Of a stretch of 61,514 bases of DNA, positions 9,661 through 19,544 are shown in pieces; the first letter of the stretch is position 1, and each line of letters begins with the position of its first letter. Below the pieces are notes generated by a model, which had not been told where the DNA came from, did no database searches, and worked only from the letters and a program-made list of their open reading frames with translations. Source of the stretch: Aeriscardovia sp. Lineage in GTDB: Bacteria; Actinomycetota; Actinomycetes; Actinomycetales; Bifidobacteriaceae. Position numbers and translations under genes: made by a program. The DNA is taken from assembly GCA_017386585.1 (NCBI GenBank), contig JAFNPO010000075.1:1-61514 (forward strand). Reading direction: 5' to 3'.

Positions 9661-9932
9661 GTCCGCGCATAGGCATGCTTCGGGCGTAATGGGTTCGGAT
9701 GCGACGCGTTTTGAAAGACCCTGGCCGAGGCGTCTTTCGCTTCTCTGGGACGAGGGAGCGTTTTCGGCAATTCCGGTAACGATTCCATCCGTTTTTGACT
9801 TTTGATGCCCTTCTGATTCCTGTATTCTCAGAAACTGAGAGTAGTGTGGTGTAGCGATGCCCGCGGCGTCTGGAGGCCCTCCGACGAGACGGCACGGACG
9901 CCGAAAGGCACCGTCTCAGGAAAGAAGCAATA

Positions 9933-11645
9933 ATGTCAAACACCAATTCCGCGGAGGTCGGCACTGGCGTTCCATCCGCCGCCTCATATCCGCATCTCAA
10001 TAAAGCGGCCATGGTCAAGAAGGAATACATGACCATGTTCGCCTTGGCTATGATGAACGTCGCTATCCTTGCCGGTCTGGCAAATGATCCGCAGCAGGCG
10101 TTCTATGGCCTGTCATCCATCACGTTCTTCGTCATCGGCGCTATAGTGTTCTTCCTGCCAACGGCGCTGGTGACCGCCGAGCTGGCGACTGGCTGGACCC
10201 AGCGCGGCGGCATCTTCCGCTGGGTTGGCGAAGGCATGGGTCCGGGCTGGGGCTTCATGTGCCTGATTATTCTATGGATGCAGTGCTCCATCAACTTCGG
10301 CATTGCGCCGGTAAGCTTCAGCGCTACAATCCTCTTCTACACGCCGAACTTCAACGAGGCCGTCGCATTTGCAGAACATCCGCAGCACGAAATCTGGATT
10401 ATCTGCTGTTGGCTGCTTTTCTACTGGTTCCTCGCCTTCCTGGCTACCAAGGGGCTCAAGGTCTTTGCGAGGGTCGCCAAGTACGGCGTCGTTATCGGCA
10501 GCCTTATCCCGTTGGGCATCATGGTCATCCTCGTGATTGTCTGGCTGTGCGAAGGTCACCAGTCCAACATCAGCTTTGCACCAGTACATCTGCTACCGAA
10601 GTGGCAAGGCCTGTCGACCCTATCTTTGGCCGCGGGCGTGCTCTTCAGCTATGCCGGTATCGATATGAACGCGGCGCACATTACTGAGCTGAAGAACCCA
10701 GAGAAGCAGTTCCCGCAAGCCATAGTCTGGTCAATGATTCTCTCCATGCTCATTTTCATGGTCGGTACGCTCATCATCGCCATGGTCATTCCGAACAACA
10801 AAATTAACGTCCTCTACGCGCTGTTCATGACCTTCCGCGAGCTGGGTGCCACCATCGGCATTCCATGGCTCTATATGGTTCTCAGCTGGGCTCTGCTGTG
10901 CAACATGGTCGCCATGACGGTGACGAACTTCGCCGGTCCGTCCTTCATGCTAGGTCAGGCCGCCCGCGCTGGCTTCCTCCCTAAGTGGTTACAGAGTTAC
11001 AATAAGTACGGTATGCCGAGTCGCCTGATGTACTTCCAATGCCTGTTCATGACGGTCATCTCTCTACTTGTCGGCCTACTACCGAACGTTGAGGGCTTCG
11101 TCATTATGATGACTCAAGCTATCACCGTTCTTTACTTGCTGTACTACGTGCTCATGTTCGTCTCGTATATCCTCTTGAAGTACACACAGCCGAATCGTCC
11201 GCGTGCGTTCGTCATCCCTGGCGGCATGTTCGGCGCTTGGCTGGTGACTATCGTTGGTCTCATCGCCTGCTTGTTCGGCATCGTATTGGCTATCTGGCCG
11301 CCGGCCCAGGTTGCTGAGGAAGTGGGATCGCCGGCGACATACATCATCACGATTATCGTCATCAGCCTCTTCGTCATCCTGCTGTCCTTCTGTCTCTACG
11401 CGGGTGCTAAGCATTCCAACAAGAATCAGCGCACAACGTGGGTGAACCCCCAGAATGAGTTCGCTCCGTTCACTTGGCAGATCGAAGGTCTGAGTAAGCC
11501 GGGCAAGGCCTTGTCTAATATTCCGACTGAAATCTTGTCCTACGACCAGAACCCAATGGGCACCCCGATTAAGCACCACTTTGATGCCGATGCCAAGCTC
11601 AGTGACGTCCCGCAGCAAATCCTCGACGACGCTCAGAGTGTCTGA
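9933..11645 (+). CDS. APC-superfamily amino acid permease (intact)
   Basis: 570 aa with ~12 hydrophobic helices and a hydrophilic C-terminal tail. A later start at MVKKEYM is possible. Confidence 0.85.
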   Translation: MSNTNSAEVGTGVPSAASYPHLNKAAMVKKEYMTMFALAMMNVAILAGLANDPQQAFYGLSSITFFVIGAIVFFLPTALVTAELATGWTQRGGIFRWVGEGMGPGWGFMCLIILWMQCSINFGIAPVSFSATILFYTPNFNEAVAFAEHPQHEIWIICCWLLFYWFLAFLATKGLKVFARVAKYGVVIGSLIPLGIMVILVIVWLCEGHQSNISFAPVHLLPKWQGLSTLSLAAGVLFSYAGIDMNAAHITELKNPEKQFPQAIVWSMILSMLIFMVGTLIIAMVIPNNKINVLYALFMTFRELGATIGIPWLYMVLSWALLCNMVAMTVTNFAGPSFMLGQAARAGFLPKWLQSYNKYGMPSRLMYFQCLFMTVISLLVGLLPNVEGFVIMMTQAITVLYLLYYVLMFVSYILLKYTQPNRPRAFVIPGGMFGAWLVTIVGLIACLFGIVLAIWPPAQVAEEVGSPATYIITIIVISLFVILLSFCLYAGAKHSNKNQRTTWVNPQNEFAPFTWQIEGLSKPGKALSNIPTEILSYDQNPMGTPIKHHFDADAKLSDVPQQILDDAQSV

Positions 11646-11648
11646 CCC

Positions 11649-11684
11649 GAAGTTCCCGCCCGGAGCTGGCCGGACGGGAACTTC
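11649..11684 (+). terminator. Strong hairpin after the permease gene, without a U-tract
   Basis: gaagttcccg...cgggaacttc is a 10 bp perfect stem with an extra inner ccgg/ccgg. No T-run follows, so terminator function is uncertain. Confidence 0.4.
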
Positions 11685-11890
11685 CAGCCGAGACTCCATT
11701 TAAGGGGATATCTGGGGAACGTTATCATGTGCAAAGGTTCGCCGGCGCCAGCGTTTCCTACTATCCAGCTTCGGAAAATTTTGGTAGAAAATAAGAAGAA
11801 ATGCGTCAGACCGGCTGGGATGCAACGCCGCAGGCCGATGGGGCGCATTTCGGTGTCCTACAAATCGAAAGAAAAGCGAAAGGACGCACC

Positions 11891-13258
11891 ATGATGAAAG
11901 AAATCAATGCCGAGGAACTCAAGCAGTTCCAGGCTGACTACGAATCCGAGCGCAGCAACCGCATCGCGCAGAACGCGGCGAGCACCAATGGAATCTACAA
12001 AGCCGCCGAGGACATGAACGCCGTCGACCGCAACTCCGACGAGAACTTCACCTTCTCCATCGACGTGGATTCCGAGAAGGTTGCTAACCAGAACAAATCT
12101 GGTCGCTGCTGGATGTACGCCTGCCTCAACACTCTGCGTGAGCATCTGCAGAAGCAGGACAAAGTCAGCAAGGACTTCGAACTCTCTGAAAGCTACCTGT
12201 ACTTCTATGACAAACTCGAGAAGTGCAACTACTTCTATGATAACATGGTCGAACTCGCCGACCGTCCAATGGGCGACGGCCTACTACTGCACCGTCTCAG
12301 CCAGCCACAGCAGGACGGCGGTGACTGGTGCCTAGTCTGCGCGCTCATCGACAAGTACGGCGTCGTGCCTAAGGGTCAAATGAACGAGACTAGCTGCACC
12401 ACCAACTCTAGTGAACTCAACACCGTCCTTAACCGCAAGCTCCGCAAGGACGCCCTCGAGATTCGCTCCCTCATCAAGGACGGCAGGAAGGACGAACTCG
12501 ACGCCGTACGTGAACGCATGCTTGGCGAGGACTACCGCATCCTAGCCATCGCCATGGGTGTTCCGCCGACTCAAGTTAACTTCGAATACAAGCCGGACAA
12601 TGGGGACGACAAGGACAAGAAGGATAAGAAGGACGCGGCGGTCAAGCAGTACGGCCCGATGACACCGCAGGACTTCTACAAGAAGTTCATTGGTCTCGAC
12701 CTTATGGACTACCTCCTGTTGCAGGATATCCCCAGCGTTGAGTACGGCAAACTCTACGGCATCGAAATGTCCGGCAATATGGTCGGAGGCCGTCCAAACC
12801 GCTATCTGAACACCCCCGCCAAGGACATGAAGGAAGCTGTTATCAAGCAGCTCAAGGATGGCTACGGCGTGTGGTTCTCCAACGACGTCATGCAACAGTT
12901 CGACCGCCAGAAGGGCATCGAGGATCTCGACATTTACGATTTCCATGACCTCTTCGGCCTTGACTTCAATATGTCCAAGAAGGACATGTACGAGACCAGA
13001 GAGTCCCTGCCAACTCACGGCATGGTCATTGCCGGTGTCGATTTGCGCGACGACAAGCCAGTGCGCTGGAAGATTGAGAACTCTTGGGGTGACAAGATCG
13101 GCGACAAAGGCTACATGATTATGTCTGACGCTTGGTTCGACGAGTACGTCTACGGCGTCGCTGTCAACAAGAAGTATCTCACCGAAGAGCAGCGCAAGGC
13201 CTTCGAGACCGAGCCGACCATCCTACCGTACTGGGATGCCGCCAACCCGATTATGTGA
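11891..13258 (+). CDS. pepC: Aminopeptidase C, copy 2
   Basis: MMKEINAEEL start with RBS gaaagga. Active-site context QNKSGRCWMYACLN. Collinear with copy 1, and contains a KDKKDKKD insertion. Confidence 0.9.
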   Translation: MMKEINAEELKQFQADYESERSNRIAQNAASTNGIYKAAEDMNAVDRNSDENFTFSIDVDSEKVANQNKSGRCWMYACLNTLREHLQKQDKVSKDFELSESYLYFYDKLEKCNYFYDNMVELADRPMGDGLLLHRLSQPQQDGGDWCLVCALIDKYGVVPKGQMNETSCTTNSSELNTVLNRKLRKDALEIRSLIKDGRKDELDAVRERMLGEDYRILAIAMGVPPTQVNFEYKPDNGDDKDKKDKKDAAVKQYGPMTPQDFYKKFIGLDLMDYLLLQDIPSVEYGKLYGIEMSGNMVGGRPNRYLNTPAKDMKEAVIKQLKDGYGVWFSNDVMQQFDRQKGIEDLDIYDFHDLFGLDFNMSKKDMYETRESLPTHGMVIAGVDLRDDKPVRWKIENSWGDKIGDKGYMIMSDAWFDEYVYGVAVNKKYLTEEQRKAFETEPTILPYWDAANPIM

Positions 13259-13286
13259 TTAGTCTTCCGACTGATTACCGGCTTTG

Positions 13287-13356
13287 AAAACCTGATTGAC
13301 GGAAGCCCGTTGACCATCATGGCCGACGGGCTTCCGTCAATCAGGTTTTGTCTTTC
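13287..13356 (+). terminator. Very long perfect-stem terminator after pepC copy 2
   Basis: aaaacctgattgacggaagcccgt / acgggcttccgtcaatcaggtttt is a ~23 bp perfect inverted repeat followed by gtcttt. Confidence 0.75.
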
Positions 13357-13451
13357 CGTGTCCGTTCCTTGGCATGGTAGATTCCGAGAAATGGACGCAG
13401 ATGTCGGACGACAGAATGGAAATGAGGCCAGCACGAAAAGGGAGAAGTGTC

Positions 13452-14336
13452 ATGGCTGACAGGCATTTCGCAGAGCTGCTAGAAATCGGCTCCGCGTTGA
13501 AGGAACTGGGAAGCGAACCGAACCGAACGAGACTTTTCATCACACCAATAGACTCACCGGTCGACGGCGGTGATTTCAACCTCAGTTTCCGCGCCGCAGG
13601 AACTGACGCCGATCGCTCGCGGAAAAACCGCCGCTGGCTGCGCTTCATAGTCGGACGGCCCATCAGCTGCCTGCACCAAGTGCATTCAGTGCGCGTCCTT
13701 GACCTTGACCAAGTGCTGGAGGGAACCGCCTTTAAGGACGAAGACACCCTCGCCGAACGGCTTGCTCCGCTGCAGGATGAAGAAGCCGACGGTCAAGTGA
13801 CTGGGCGCCGCGATGTCGCACTGGCCGCGTTCTCCGCCGACTGCACGCCCGTCGCCTTCGTGGACGAGCAAGACGGCATCTTTGGCACCTGCCACTCCGG
13901 ACGGCGCGGAACCGAGCAAAACATCGTCGGAGCAGTAGTGGCCGCGATGCGCGCCAAAGGCGCGCATCCGGAGAACATCAGCTGCTGGATTGGTCCACAT
14001 ATCTGCGGAAATTGCTACGAGACAGGCGAAAAGATCGCCAAGGACTTCGCGCGACAATTCCCGGACATCCCCCGAATCGCCACCACCCGTTTCGGTGGCC
14101 CCGGCATCGATATAGGAGCGGCAATTGCCGCTGAACTGCGCCAGGCAGGGGTACCAATGGAACACATTCACGCGTCTGACGACAGCTTCGTCCGTGAGTG
14201 CAACGAGCGCACCGGTCGGACGGATTTCATGGCCTTCTGCACACTGGAGAATCCACTGCTGTATTCCTATCGCGAGTACACGTTGACGCATCGGTCGCGC
14301 TGCAACGGTCGTTTTGCCTTGGTGCTCGTCCCCTGA
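13452..14336 (+). CDS. pgeF: YfiH/PgeF-family (DUF152, laccase-domain) protein
   Basis: Motifs FSADCTPVAF, CHSGRRGT and GPHICGNCYE. ATG 13452 has RBS gggaga; the ORF is open from 13374. Confidence 0.8.
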   Translation: MADRHFAELLEIGSALKELGSEPNRTRLFITPIDSPVDGGDFNLSFRAAGTDADRSRKNRRWLRFIVGRPISCLHQVHSVRVLDLDQVLEGTAFKDEDTLAERLAPLQDEEADGQVTGRRDVALAAFSADCTPVAFVDEQDGIFGTCHSGRRGTEQNIVGAVVAAMRAKGAHPENISCWIGPHICGNCYETGEKIAKDFARQFPDIPRIATTRFGGPGIDIGAAIAAELRQAGVPMEHIHASDDSFVRECNERTGRTDFMAFCTLENPLLYSYREYTLTHRSRCNGRFALVLVP

Positions 14337-14339
14337 CAA

Positions 14340-14990
14340 TTAAACGCTTTGGCGGTCTTCGGAGCGCAGATCAGCCAGGTATAGCAGCGTCTGGGACACT
14401 GTTTGCCGTGCGGCTTCGAGCATCTGTTGGCCGCTGACGCCGGCGAATGTTAGCGGCGCGTCGCTGTCCTTGATGTCGGGCAGCTCGAGCAGACCACCGA
14501 GCATGGCTGTTTGCGCGCACTGGCGCAGCACGTAGTAGGTGAGGGCGCCGGAAAGAGTGTCGTCGGGGCCGGAGGTGATACTAGCCGGCACCTTGCCCAG
14601 GAAGGAGCAGAGGATGCGATGTAATGGCAGGCGCGTCCAGTAAGCGGCAGCGTCTCCGGGAACTAGCTCCGTTTCGACCGTCGCGCTGCCAGCGTTGACG
14701 GCACAGCGCTCAAGACAGACGCCGTACGCGCCGGGACGGTATCCCAGCACTAGAATCATGTCCGGCGCTATCCGGCTAATGGTCGGTTCCAGCGCAGACC
14801 AGGCCGCAGTGACGTTCGAGCCGTCCTTGCCATCCCTATCGAGAAGAACAGGCTCGATCCTCACCGGAGAGCCAATCTCGTCCTCAATCTGCCGAACCGT
14901 GTCCGGGGAACCCAGCATCTCGGCAACGCGGGCGCAAGGGTCGCCGGAGGTACTGCGGAAAGCTGAAATGATGACCGTGTACGTGCGCAT
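14340..14990 (-). CDS. Pyroglutamyl-peptidase I (peptidase C15)-like protein, apparently catalytically degenerate
   Basis: PDMILVLGYRPGAYGVCLERCAVN...AAAYWTRLPLHRI parallels Pcp PDIIICVGQAGGR..ITPERVAIN...PAAYWTGLPIKRI. The Cys and His positions appear substituted (alignment by eye). Confidence 0.6.
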   Translation of the reverse strand: MRTYTVIISAFRSTSGDPCARVAEMLGSPDTVRQIEDEIGSPVRIEPVLLDRDGKDGSNVTAAWSALEPTISRIAPDMILVLGYRPGAYGVCLERCAVNAGSATVETELVPGDAAAYWTRLPLHRILCSFLGKVPASITSGPDDTLSGALTYYVLRQCAQTAMLGGLLELPDIKDSDAPLTFAGVSGQQMLEAARQTVSQTLLYLADLRSEDRQSV

Positions 14991-15125
14991 TCCCTCAGTC
15001 TATCCGAATTCCTTGGCGAAGATTTCACGGCTATTGACGGAATCGACCGTATACCTCGGCGTGTCGTGCTAAAAATTAAGAAGCAAGTACGTATTCCTCG
15101 AGCGCGTCCAAAACGGAGGTTTGAG

Positions 15126-16553
15126 ATGGCGGAGTCGTTCCCAGTAGTGCTGCGCGGCTATGATAAGGAAAAGGTCGATCAAACGATCGCCGATTACGAG
15201 CAGTCTGCCCGTCTCATGCGTGAGCAGATTAAGACTTATGATTCTCGGATTCTGACATTGGAGGCCGAACTCGAGAAGGAGAAAGCGAAGCAGAGCGCCA
15301 CTCCGAAAAACTCTTTCGCCTCTCTAGGTGCCAACGCCCAGCAGCTGCTCGCCTCCGCCGAACAGACCAGTACCGAGCTGCTCAACCGCGCCAAGTCTGA
15401 CGCTACCATTATCAGAGAATCGGCCAAACAGCAGTCCGAAACTCTTATCAATAACGCTAAAAATGAATCCAAGCGCATCCTCGACGATGCTAACGCCAAG
15501 TCCTCGTCCATCCTGGCTAAGGCCAATGAGCAAGCGAACACTATTCTGACCACCGCGCAGCAGAAGTCCGATCAGCTCAACGCCCAAGCGCAGCAGATTA
15601 ACGATGAGCAGCGTCAGTCCCTCAAAATCGAACTCGAGAATTCCCGCCAGGAGCACAGTAAGAAGCTCGCGGCCTGGAAGAGCCAGCAAGAGCAGCAGAT
15701 TGCCGCAGAACAGGCCAAGGCCGCAGCCCAGATTGCCGCCCAGCGTAAAGCTGCCGACGAGGAAATCACCCGCATGAAGTCCGAGTCCAACGACCAGATT
15801 CAGAAGGCGCTCGCCAACGCCAATCAGAAGCTGAGCCAAGCTCGCGAGCAGGTTTCCGCCATGATTAGCAACGCCCAACGTCAGGCCGGCGAGATTACCG
15901 ACGCTGCCAATGCCAAGGCTACGCAAATCCAGGATGCCGCCAACGTCAAGCGCGCCGATACCTTGGCCCAGGCGGCGCAGGAGTACGAAAACGTTCGCAA
16001 TCAAATCCAGAGTCAGCAGTCTGCAGCGACGCAGAAGATCAACGATCTCTTGACACAGCTTAACGCACACCGCACCAAGAGTCAGCAGGAGAGCGACGAG
16101 ATTCTCGCCAAGGCGCACAAGACTCGCAAAGAAGCCAACGCCTACGCGGACGCTAAACGTAAGGAAGCCGAGGCCAAGGCTCAGGCGATGCTTAAGGAGG
16201 CTCGTGAGAAGGCCATCGCCCAAATTGATGAGCAGCGCGCCGCCGCTAAGAAGGAAATCGACGGCCTTAACTCCCGCATCTCCCAGCTACAGACCCGCGA
16301 AGCGTCTATCACCGCTCGAGTGGACGAAATTCGTTCCATGTTCTCCCAGGCTTTTGGTAGTTTCGGCGCATCTCCGGCCCCTGTCATGGCTCCTGCTGAC
16401 AACTCCAACATCGACATGATCAACCCACTAGAGTCCTCCAAGGATGCACAGATTGGGCAGAAAAAGGCCGATGACAACGCCGTGACCGTCGAAGCAGTTC
16501 AGGCTGACAGCTCGCAGACACAGGATACCCATGAAAACAAAGTGCAGGAATGA
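15126..16553 (+). CDS. DivIVA-domain coiled-coil protein
   Basis: N-terminal FPVVLRGYDKEKVDQTIADYE matches the DivIVA-domain signature (F..RGYD..eVD). It is followed by ~400 aa of A/Q/K/E-rich coiled coil. RBS acggagg. Confidence 0.7.
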   Translation: MAESFPVVLRGYDKEKVDQTIADYEQSARLMREQIKTYDSRILTLEAELEKEKAKQSATPKNSFASLGANAQQLLASAEQTSTELLNRAKSDATIIRESAKQQSETLINNAKNESKRILDDANAKSSSILAKANEQANTILTTAQQKSDQLNAQAQQINDEQRQSLKIELENSRQEHSKKLAAWKSQQEQQIAAEQAKAAAQIAAQRKAADEEITRMKSESNDQIQKALANANQKLSQAREQVSAMISNAQRQAGEITDAANAKATQIQDAANVKRADTLAQAAQEYENVRNQIQSQQSAATQKINDLLTQLNAHRTKSQQESDEILAKAHKTRKEANAYADAKRKEAEAKAQAMLKEAREKAIAQIDEQRAAAKKEIDGLNSRISQLQTREASITARVDEIRSMFSQAFGSFGASPAPVMAPADNSNIDMINPLESSKDAQIGQKKADDNAVTVEAVQADSSQTQDTHENKVQE

Positions 16554-16930
16554 AAGAATTCGACCCCTATGCGTTGGGGAACTGAGCGTTGATTCACCTG
16601 TCGACGGCACACGATGCCTCTGCGGTGAACGTCGTCCCCGGAAACGATGTCCACAACATCGAGCACGACTACAGGATGGAACGCCATCTGCGACGTGGCT
16701 TCTTCATGACCCATTGACGACAGTGGCCGCTATTAACCGCCGGCAGATAGGACTCCTGGGAACAGCTACCAATTCACCAAGCATATGTGTACGAGAGGCC
16801 GCTCCTGAGAGCTTGCTGCTGGTTGATTTATGAGCCACGACAGGTCGACGCTGAACTGAGCGGCCTGAGACCCGTGGGGAGTACTGTCTTGTGAGGCCTC
16901 CACAATCATTCCCAGCAGAGAGGACGGAGA

Positions 16931-17623
16931 ATGAGGACAATCGCCGTGTTCGGAGCGATGGACGAGGAAATCGTGCTGTTCGCCACGCACCTGCAGGACG
17001 TCGAACAGCTACGGGAGGCTGGTCTGAACGTGACTGTCGGCACCATTGCCAGAGAGAACGGCGAGACTCTGCGTGTAGCCGCGACCGTCGCCGGTATGGG
17101 CATGGTAGCCGCGGGCGCGGCAACTCAGTTCCTCATCACCCGTTTCTCACCGGAGGCCGTAATCTTCTCCGGTATCGCCGGTAATATCAGCAACCGACTC
17201 GACATCAACGATGTAGTGTTGGGCGGCACCGTCCGATACCTCGATTCCGACATGGAGCTTATCGGCCAAGCCGCTCCTGGGGAGAAGGAGTACCACTCCG
17301 ACGCACGTCTACTCGAGTTGGCCAGTCACGCCCTAGACAACGAAGACGTCAAGCACATCACCGGCATCATTGCCACCGGCAACCACTTCATCGATACCGT
17401 TGACAAGCGCGAGGACGTGCGCCGTCAGACGAACGCCGACGCAGTCGAAATGGAAGGTGCCGCCGTCCTACACATCGCCGATAAGAACCAAGTACCAGCC
17501 ATCGTCATCCGCGCGCTCAGTGACAACACTGACACCGCGTACAGCACCTTCCATCACTTCGATATCTCAGCGTACGCGGACACCGCCTCCCGCGTGGTTG
17601 CCGACATGATTGAGCATCTGTGA
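16931..17623 (+). CDS. mtnN: 5'-methylthioadenosine/S-adenosylhomocysteine nucleosidase
   Basis: MRTIAVFGAMDEEI..., GIAGN, and AVEMEGAAV motifs typical of Pfs/MtnN. 230 aa. Confidence 0.85.
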   Translation: MRTIAVFGAMDEEIVLFATHLQDVEQLREAGLNVTVGTIARENGETLRVAATVAGMGMVAAGAATQFLITRFSPEAVIFSGIAGNISNRLDINDVVLGGTVRYLDSDMELIGQAAPGEKEYHSDARLLELASHALDNEDVKHITGIIATGNHFIDTVDKREDVRRQTNADAVEMEGAAVLHIADKNQVPAIVIRALSDNTDTAYSTFHHFDISAYADTASRVVADMIEHL

Positions 17624-18114
17624 AACACACACCGCACGAAAAGAGTCCGCGTATGATCCGTCAAGCCATCCCATCCGACGTTCCTGCCCTCGTCCGCAAC
17701 CGTTTGGCACAGCAACAAGAACTATATTCCATTGACAATCTAGATCGGGACGACCGGCAGCGTTTGGAAGAACAGTTATTCGGGTACTTCGCCTGGGCCT
17801 GTACCAACGACAACGTGCTGTTCCTCGTCGACCAAGAGGATTCCGCCATCGCCGCTGTTTGCGGGTTTAGCATCGAGCATCAGCCGCCTCAGATCGAGGA
17901 CAACGGTGAGTACGCCTACGTGTGCGACGCCTATACAGCTCCTAGATTCCGCTGCCAAGGCCGCATGGGCCGCTTGGTGCGCGCCGGCACCGCGCAGATG
18001 CGCAAACGCGGCGTGTCAGCACTATATTTCGACAGCATTTCCAAAGATATGATTCGGCTGTGCCAGAACCTGGGCTTTAAGCAGCGGCACGACTACTACT
18101 CGCTGGTATTGTGA
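17620..18114 (+). CDS. GNAT-family N-acetyltransferase
   Basis: Acetyl-CoA motif RCQGRMGRLVRAG. GTG 17620 overlaps the mtnN stop (GTGA). ATG 17653 (MIRQAIPSD) is an alternative start. Confidence 0.7.
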   Translation: MKHTPHEKSPRMIRQAIPSDVPALVRNRLAQQQELYSIDNLDRDDRQRLEEQLFGYFAWACTNDNVLFLVDQEDSAIAAVCGFSIEHQPPQIEDNGEYAYVCDAYTAPRFRCQGRMGRLVRAGTAQMRKRGVSALYFDSISKDMIRLCQNLGFKQRHDYYSLVL

Positions 18115-18226
18115 GGACGGGGTGTGGCCGCCAGCCTTCCCGTACTCAATTGGCCGGTCCGTTTGGTCGCTCCAGAATTGAGCCTCTGTCTTAAGTCGGG
18201 ATTGCCGAAGCTTCGGCGCGGCGAAA

Positions 18227-18255
18227 TTGCGCTCGCCGGCCTAGACGCCTATACT
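18227..18255 (+). promoter_or_regulatory. Candidate sigma-70-type promoter for rplJL
   Basis: ttgcgc, 17 nt spacer, tatact. Confidence 0.4.
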
Positions 18256-18443
18256 AGCCCATGCAAACCAAAGACCGTTGGTTGGAAGCGATTCCCCAAG
18301 CTCCTGTGAGGCCACCGTAGGCGAGCGTTGAGCGCGACACGGATTTCTATTCGTACATGCACTGTGCTCTGCCCGCGCGCAGAGCTTTTTTTATGCGCCT
18401 GGCTCCTGAGTTTTGGCAACGGCCGTCACAAGGAAGGAACGCC
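18256..18443 (+). promoter_or_regulatory. rplJ (L10) 5' leader with an internal attenuator
   Basis: ~190 nt untranslated leader with hairpins (e.g. aaccaa...ttggtt) and a terminator-like element. This fits L10(L12)4 autoregulatory leaders known in Gram-positives. Confidence 0.45.
18366..18392 (+). terminator. Intrinsic terminator-like attenuator inside the rplJ leader
   Basis: gctctgc / ccgcgc / gcagagc followed by ttttttt, 52 nt upstream of the rplJ ATG. Confidence 0.6.
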
Positions 18444-18965
18444 ATGAAAAGGCCAGACAAGGAAAAGGTGATTGCCGGGCTCACTGACCAGTTCAAGAGT
18501 TCGGGTGCCATCATCCTTACCGAGTATCGTGGCCTGAGCGTCCCGCAGGTCAATGATCTGCGAGACAAGCTGGGCTCTGATACTTCCTATACCGTGGCGA
18601 AGAATACGCTGGTGCGCCTCGCCGCTCATGAAGCCGGCATCGAAGGTCTCGACGATGACATGAAGGGACCGACGGCCTACGTCTTTGTGAAGGGTGACTA
18701 CGTCGCTGCGGCGCGCGCTCTGCGCGATTTCGCTAAGGACAACAAGAACCTCGTCGTGAAGGGCGGCTACGTCGAAGGCGCCGCCATGACTGCCGAGGAA
18801 ATCACGAAGCTCGCGGATATGCAGACCCGCACGGATGCACTCTCCGAACTTGCTGGTGCCATGAAGGGCGCGATCGCCAAGGTCGTCGACGTTACTGTCG
18901 CACTGCCGACCAAGGTCATCCGTACCATCGACGCACTGCGCGAGAAGCAAGAGAAGGCAGCTTGA
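18444..18965 (+). CDS. rplJ: 50S ribosomal protein L10
   Basis: MKRPDKEKVIAGLTDQFKSSGAIILTEYRGLSVPQVNDLR... RBS aaggaagg. Confidence 0.95.
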   Translation: MKRPDKEKVIAGLTDQFKSSGAIILTEYRGLSVPQVNDLRDKLGSDTSYTVAKNTLVRLAAHEAGIEGLDDDMKGPTAYVFVKGDYVAAARALRDFAKDNKNLVVKGGYVEGAAMTAEEITKLADMQTRTDALSELAGAMKGAIAKVVDVTVALPTKVIRTIDALREKQEKAA

Positions 18966-19061
18966 GGCCAAGCGTTTCCGCGCTCCGGTTCCTGAGGTTC
19001 TTCGCACAGGAAATTTCAGTGAAAACCGTGGCCTGACCGCCACAAAAGAAAGGATGCCATT

Positions 19062-19439
19062 ATGGCTAAGCTCTCCACCGACGAGCTCCTTGACGCGTTC
19101 AAGGAAATGTCCCTCGTTGAACTCAACGAATTCGTCAAGGCATTCGAAGACGAGTTCGACGTCAAAGCTTCGGCTCCGGTTGCCGTCGCCGCTGCTCCAG
19201 CCGCTGGCGCTCCCGCCGCCGACGAAAAGTCCGAGTTTGACGTCGTGGTCACTGCCCTTGGTGACAAGAAGATTCAAGTCATCAAGGCGATCAAAGAGAT
19301 CACCAAGAAGGGTCTCGCCGAGTCCAAAGCGCTCGCCGACAAGGTTCCGTCCACGATTCTCGAGGGCGCTTCCAAGGATGATGCCGAGAAGGCCAAGAAG
19401 ACCCTGGAGGATGCCGGCGCTTCCGTCGACCTTAAGTGA
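19062..19439 (+). CDS. rplL: 50S ribosomal protein L7/L12
   Basis: [34 protein letters not shown]...Ala-rich hinge...[25 protein letters not shown]. Confidence 0.95.
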   Translation: MAKLSTDELLDAFKEMSLVELNEFVKAFEDEFDVKASAPVAVAAAPAAGAPAADEKSEFDVVVTALGDKKIQVIKAIKEITKKGLAESKALADKVPSTILEGASKDDAEKAKKTLEDAGASVDLK

Positions 19440-19472
19440 GAGCGCTCCCCGGGGGAGTAGTCTCATGAAACA

Positions 19473-19510
19473 CAAAGCCCTGGAGGGGTTTCCTTCCGGG
19501 GCTTTGTTGT
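19473..19510 (+). terminator. rplL terminator
   Basis: 15 bp stem caaagccctggaggg / ccttccggggctttg (two G-U pairs) followed by ttgt. Confidence 0.7.
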
Positions 19511-19544
19511 ACATTGGAACCGAGGATTTTTTAAGGGAGGCTCG

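Noticed and set aside
9242-10036. 264-aa minus-strand ORF across the pnp-permease spacer
   Set aside because: The composition is Arg/Ser/Pro-rich. It overlaps the permease remnant and the permease start, and there is no RBS or homology.
15324-16223. 299-aa minus-strand Gly/Leu-rich ORF
   Set aside because: It is the antisense shadow of the A/Q/K-rich coiled-coil gene. The low-complexity sequence keeps the reverse frame open.
16554-16930. SAM/SAH-type riboswitch upstream of mtnN
   Set aside because: Only one modest hairpin is present (ggcctgagac...gtcttgtgaggcc, about 16864-16902). I could recognise no consensus elements.
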